The position numbers were made by a program, and so were the translations under genes. The notes under the pieces were generated by a model. The model saw nothing but the letters and a program-made list of their open reading frames with translations. It was not told where the DNA came from and searched no databases. From the NCBI GenBank assembly GCA_050012475.1, contig JBEKHC010000097.1, positions 1 through 18,428 of the forward strand: 18,428 nucleotides of DNA, written 5' to 3'. Shown in pieces: positions 16,945 to 18,428 of the stretch (position 1 is the first letter of the stretch; each line of letters begins with the position of its first letter). Origin of the DNA: Candidatus Velthaea sp. Lineage in GTDB: Bacteria > Vulcanimicrobiota > Vulcanimicrobiia > Vulcanimicrobiales > Vulcanimicrobiaceae.

Positions 16945-18248
16945 TGAATCGCGTACTGGTCGTCGGTGCAAATGTTGGCGGGGCCGTGGCTGCCGGCGAT
17001 CTCGCCGCTACCGGTTGGGACGTAACGCTCATCGAACGCGATCTCAAACGCAAGAAACCCTGCGGCGGCGCCATACCCCCCAAAGCGATGAGCGAATTCG
17101 GCATTCCGGCCTCGATCATCGAACGCCGGACTACGCGTGCGGTCGTGATCGGTCCGAGCGGCTCGGAAGTTTCGATGGACGTGCGCGGCACCGTCTCGCG
17201 GCCCGACGATTACATCATCATGGTCACGCGCGAGATCCTCGACCGCACCATGCGTGAAAAAGCCGCGAGCGCGGGGGCCGACATTCGCGAATGCTCGTTC
17301 GTTTCTCACGAAGCGCAGCCCGACGGCAGCTTGCGCGTCAAGTTGCGCTACCGCGACGGCCGCGAGGAATACGAAAATTACGATTACGTAGTCGGCGCCG
17401 ACGGAGCCGGCTCGCAAGTCGCCAAGTCCTGCGGTCGCATTCCGGTCAAGCACGCCTCGGCGATTCAAGAGCGGCTGATGCTGCCCGACGACGCGATGGA
17501 GTACTACGCCCATACCGCTGAACTGTATCTGGGCGACGACATCTCGCCCGACTTTTACGGCTGGATCTTCCCCAAGAGCGACCACGTCGCGGTCGGCACG
17601 GGCTGCAAACCCGAACATGCGAACCGCTCGTATGCGTTTCTCGAAGGCGTGAAGGCACGCGCGGGCAACAAGCTGCGCGGCGCGCGCCGGATTCTGCTCG
17701 AGGGGCATCCGCTGCCCATGCAGCGCTACAAACAGCTCGTCTACGGCAATACGATGCTCGTCGGCGATGCCGGCGGGATGGTTGCGCACACGTCGGGTGA
17801 AGGGATCTATTTTGCGATGGCGTCGGGACGCATGGCCGCGCAGACGCTCGTTCTGCACGCCACCGATCATCGTTCGCCGCTTTCACGCTACGAGAAGATC
17901 TGGCAGAAGAAATACGGCGCGATGTTCGACTTTCTCGAATTTCTCGAGAAAGCGTCGTATACGTCGAACTTCAAGCGCGAGTTCTTCGTCGACATGTGCG
18001 CGACGCGCGACGTCCAGCAGCTGACCTTCGACAGCTACCTGTTCAAAGAGATGGCGAAAATGGCGCCCGGCGATCATCTGCGCATGGCGTTCGAGGCCGC
18101 AACGCGCGCCATCGCCGCCTGGATGCGCCCGCGCCTGCCCATCGCCCAGGCGCCGCCCCAGATCACTGCCAAAGAAGCGCTCCACGCGACCCGCAGCGCG
18201 ATCGCCGACGGCGTCGCAGCCGACGACACGGCGGTGCTGGCGACGTAA
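16944..18248 (+). CDS. bchP: Geranylgeranyl reductase
   Basis: The GTG start overlaps the bchG TAG. 'KPCGGAIP', 'GADGAGS', 'AIQERL', 'ISPDFYGWIFPK', 'LVGDAGG...SGEGIYFAM' and 'VQQLTFDSYLFK' motifs. Confidence 0.93.
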   Translation: MNRVLVVGANVGGAVAAGDLAATGWDVTLIERDLKRKKPCGGAIPPKAMSEFGIPASIIERRTTRAVVIGPSGSEVSMDVRGTVSRPDDYIIMVTREILDRTMREKAASAGADIRECSFVSHEAQPDGSLRVKLRYRDGREEYENYDYVVGADGAGSQVAKSCGRIPVKHASAIQERLMLPDDAMEYYAHTAELYLGDDISPDFYGWIFPKSDHVAVGTGCKPEHANRSYAFLEGVKARAGNKLRGARRILLEGHPLPMQRYKQLVYGNTMLVGDAGGMVAHTSGEGIYFAMASGRMAAQTLVLHATDHRSPLSRYEKIWQKKYGAMFDFLEFLEKASYTSNFKREFFVDMCATRDVQQLTFDSYLFKEMAKMAPGDHLRMAFEAATRAIAAWMRPRLPIAQAPPQITAKEALHATRSAIADGVAADDTAVLAT

Positions 18249-18288
18249 GCCTCGAACGCCCGACGGCGGCAGACGAAGTGACGGGGCG

Positions 18289-18428
18289 ATGTCTGCCGAA
18301 ATCGCCGGCATGACCGTCAACGGCATCGATGCGATCTACTACTTCGCCCAAGAACTCGCGCGCGCCCAGGCCTTTTACACGGTGCTGATCGGCACGCCGC
18401 CGACCATCGTGTTCCCCGAGTCATTCTG
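18289..18428 (+). CDS. VOC/glyoxalase family protein, 3'-truncated by window edge
   Basis: MSAEIAGMTVNGIDAIYYFAQELARAQAFYTVLIG resembles the VOC N-terminal beta-alpha motif. Alternative start at 18310. Confidence 0.55.
   Translation, partial: MSAEIAGMTVNGIDAIYYFAQELARAQAFYTVLIGTPPTIVFPESF

Noticed and set aside
13206..17870. Long antisense ORFs (358, 633, 226 and 309 aa) over the bch genes
   Set aside because: These are typical antisense shadows of high-GC coding DNA and show no recognisable domains.

Overview
GC-rich bacterial window containing about 16 CDS. The main feature is a compact (bacterio)chlorophyll biosynthesis operon at the right end, bchN-bchB-bchG-bchP (13065-18248). It lacks bchL, bchF and bchH, has divergent sequences, and is preceded by a CRP/FNR-like palindrome in class II activator geometry. 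The host therefore looks like an anoxygenic phototroph, plausibly Vulcanimicrobiota/Eremiobacterota (inference only). The rest of the window holds a partial ABC-2 permease, a PAS-PAS-PP2C-HATPase signalling protein, an RraA-family protein, a standalone single-HKD PLD protein, an S9 peptidase, and a coupled amidase plus Tat-exported class A beta-lactamase-like pair. It also holds a xylose-type sugar ABC operon ending in an unknown secreted beta-strand-rich protein (candidate porin), a short GC-rich ~30-nt repeat array, a cyclophilin and a partial VOC-family gene. No rRNA, tRNA, CRISPR array or transposase was recognised.
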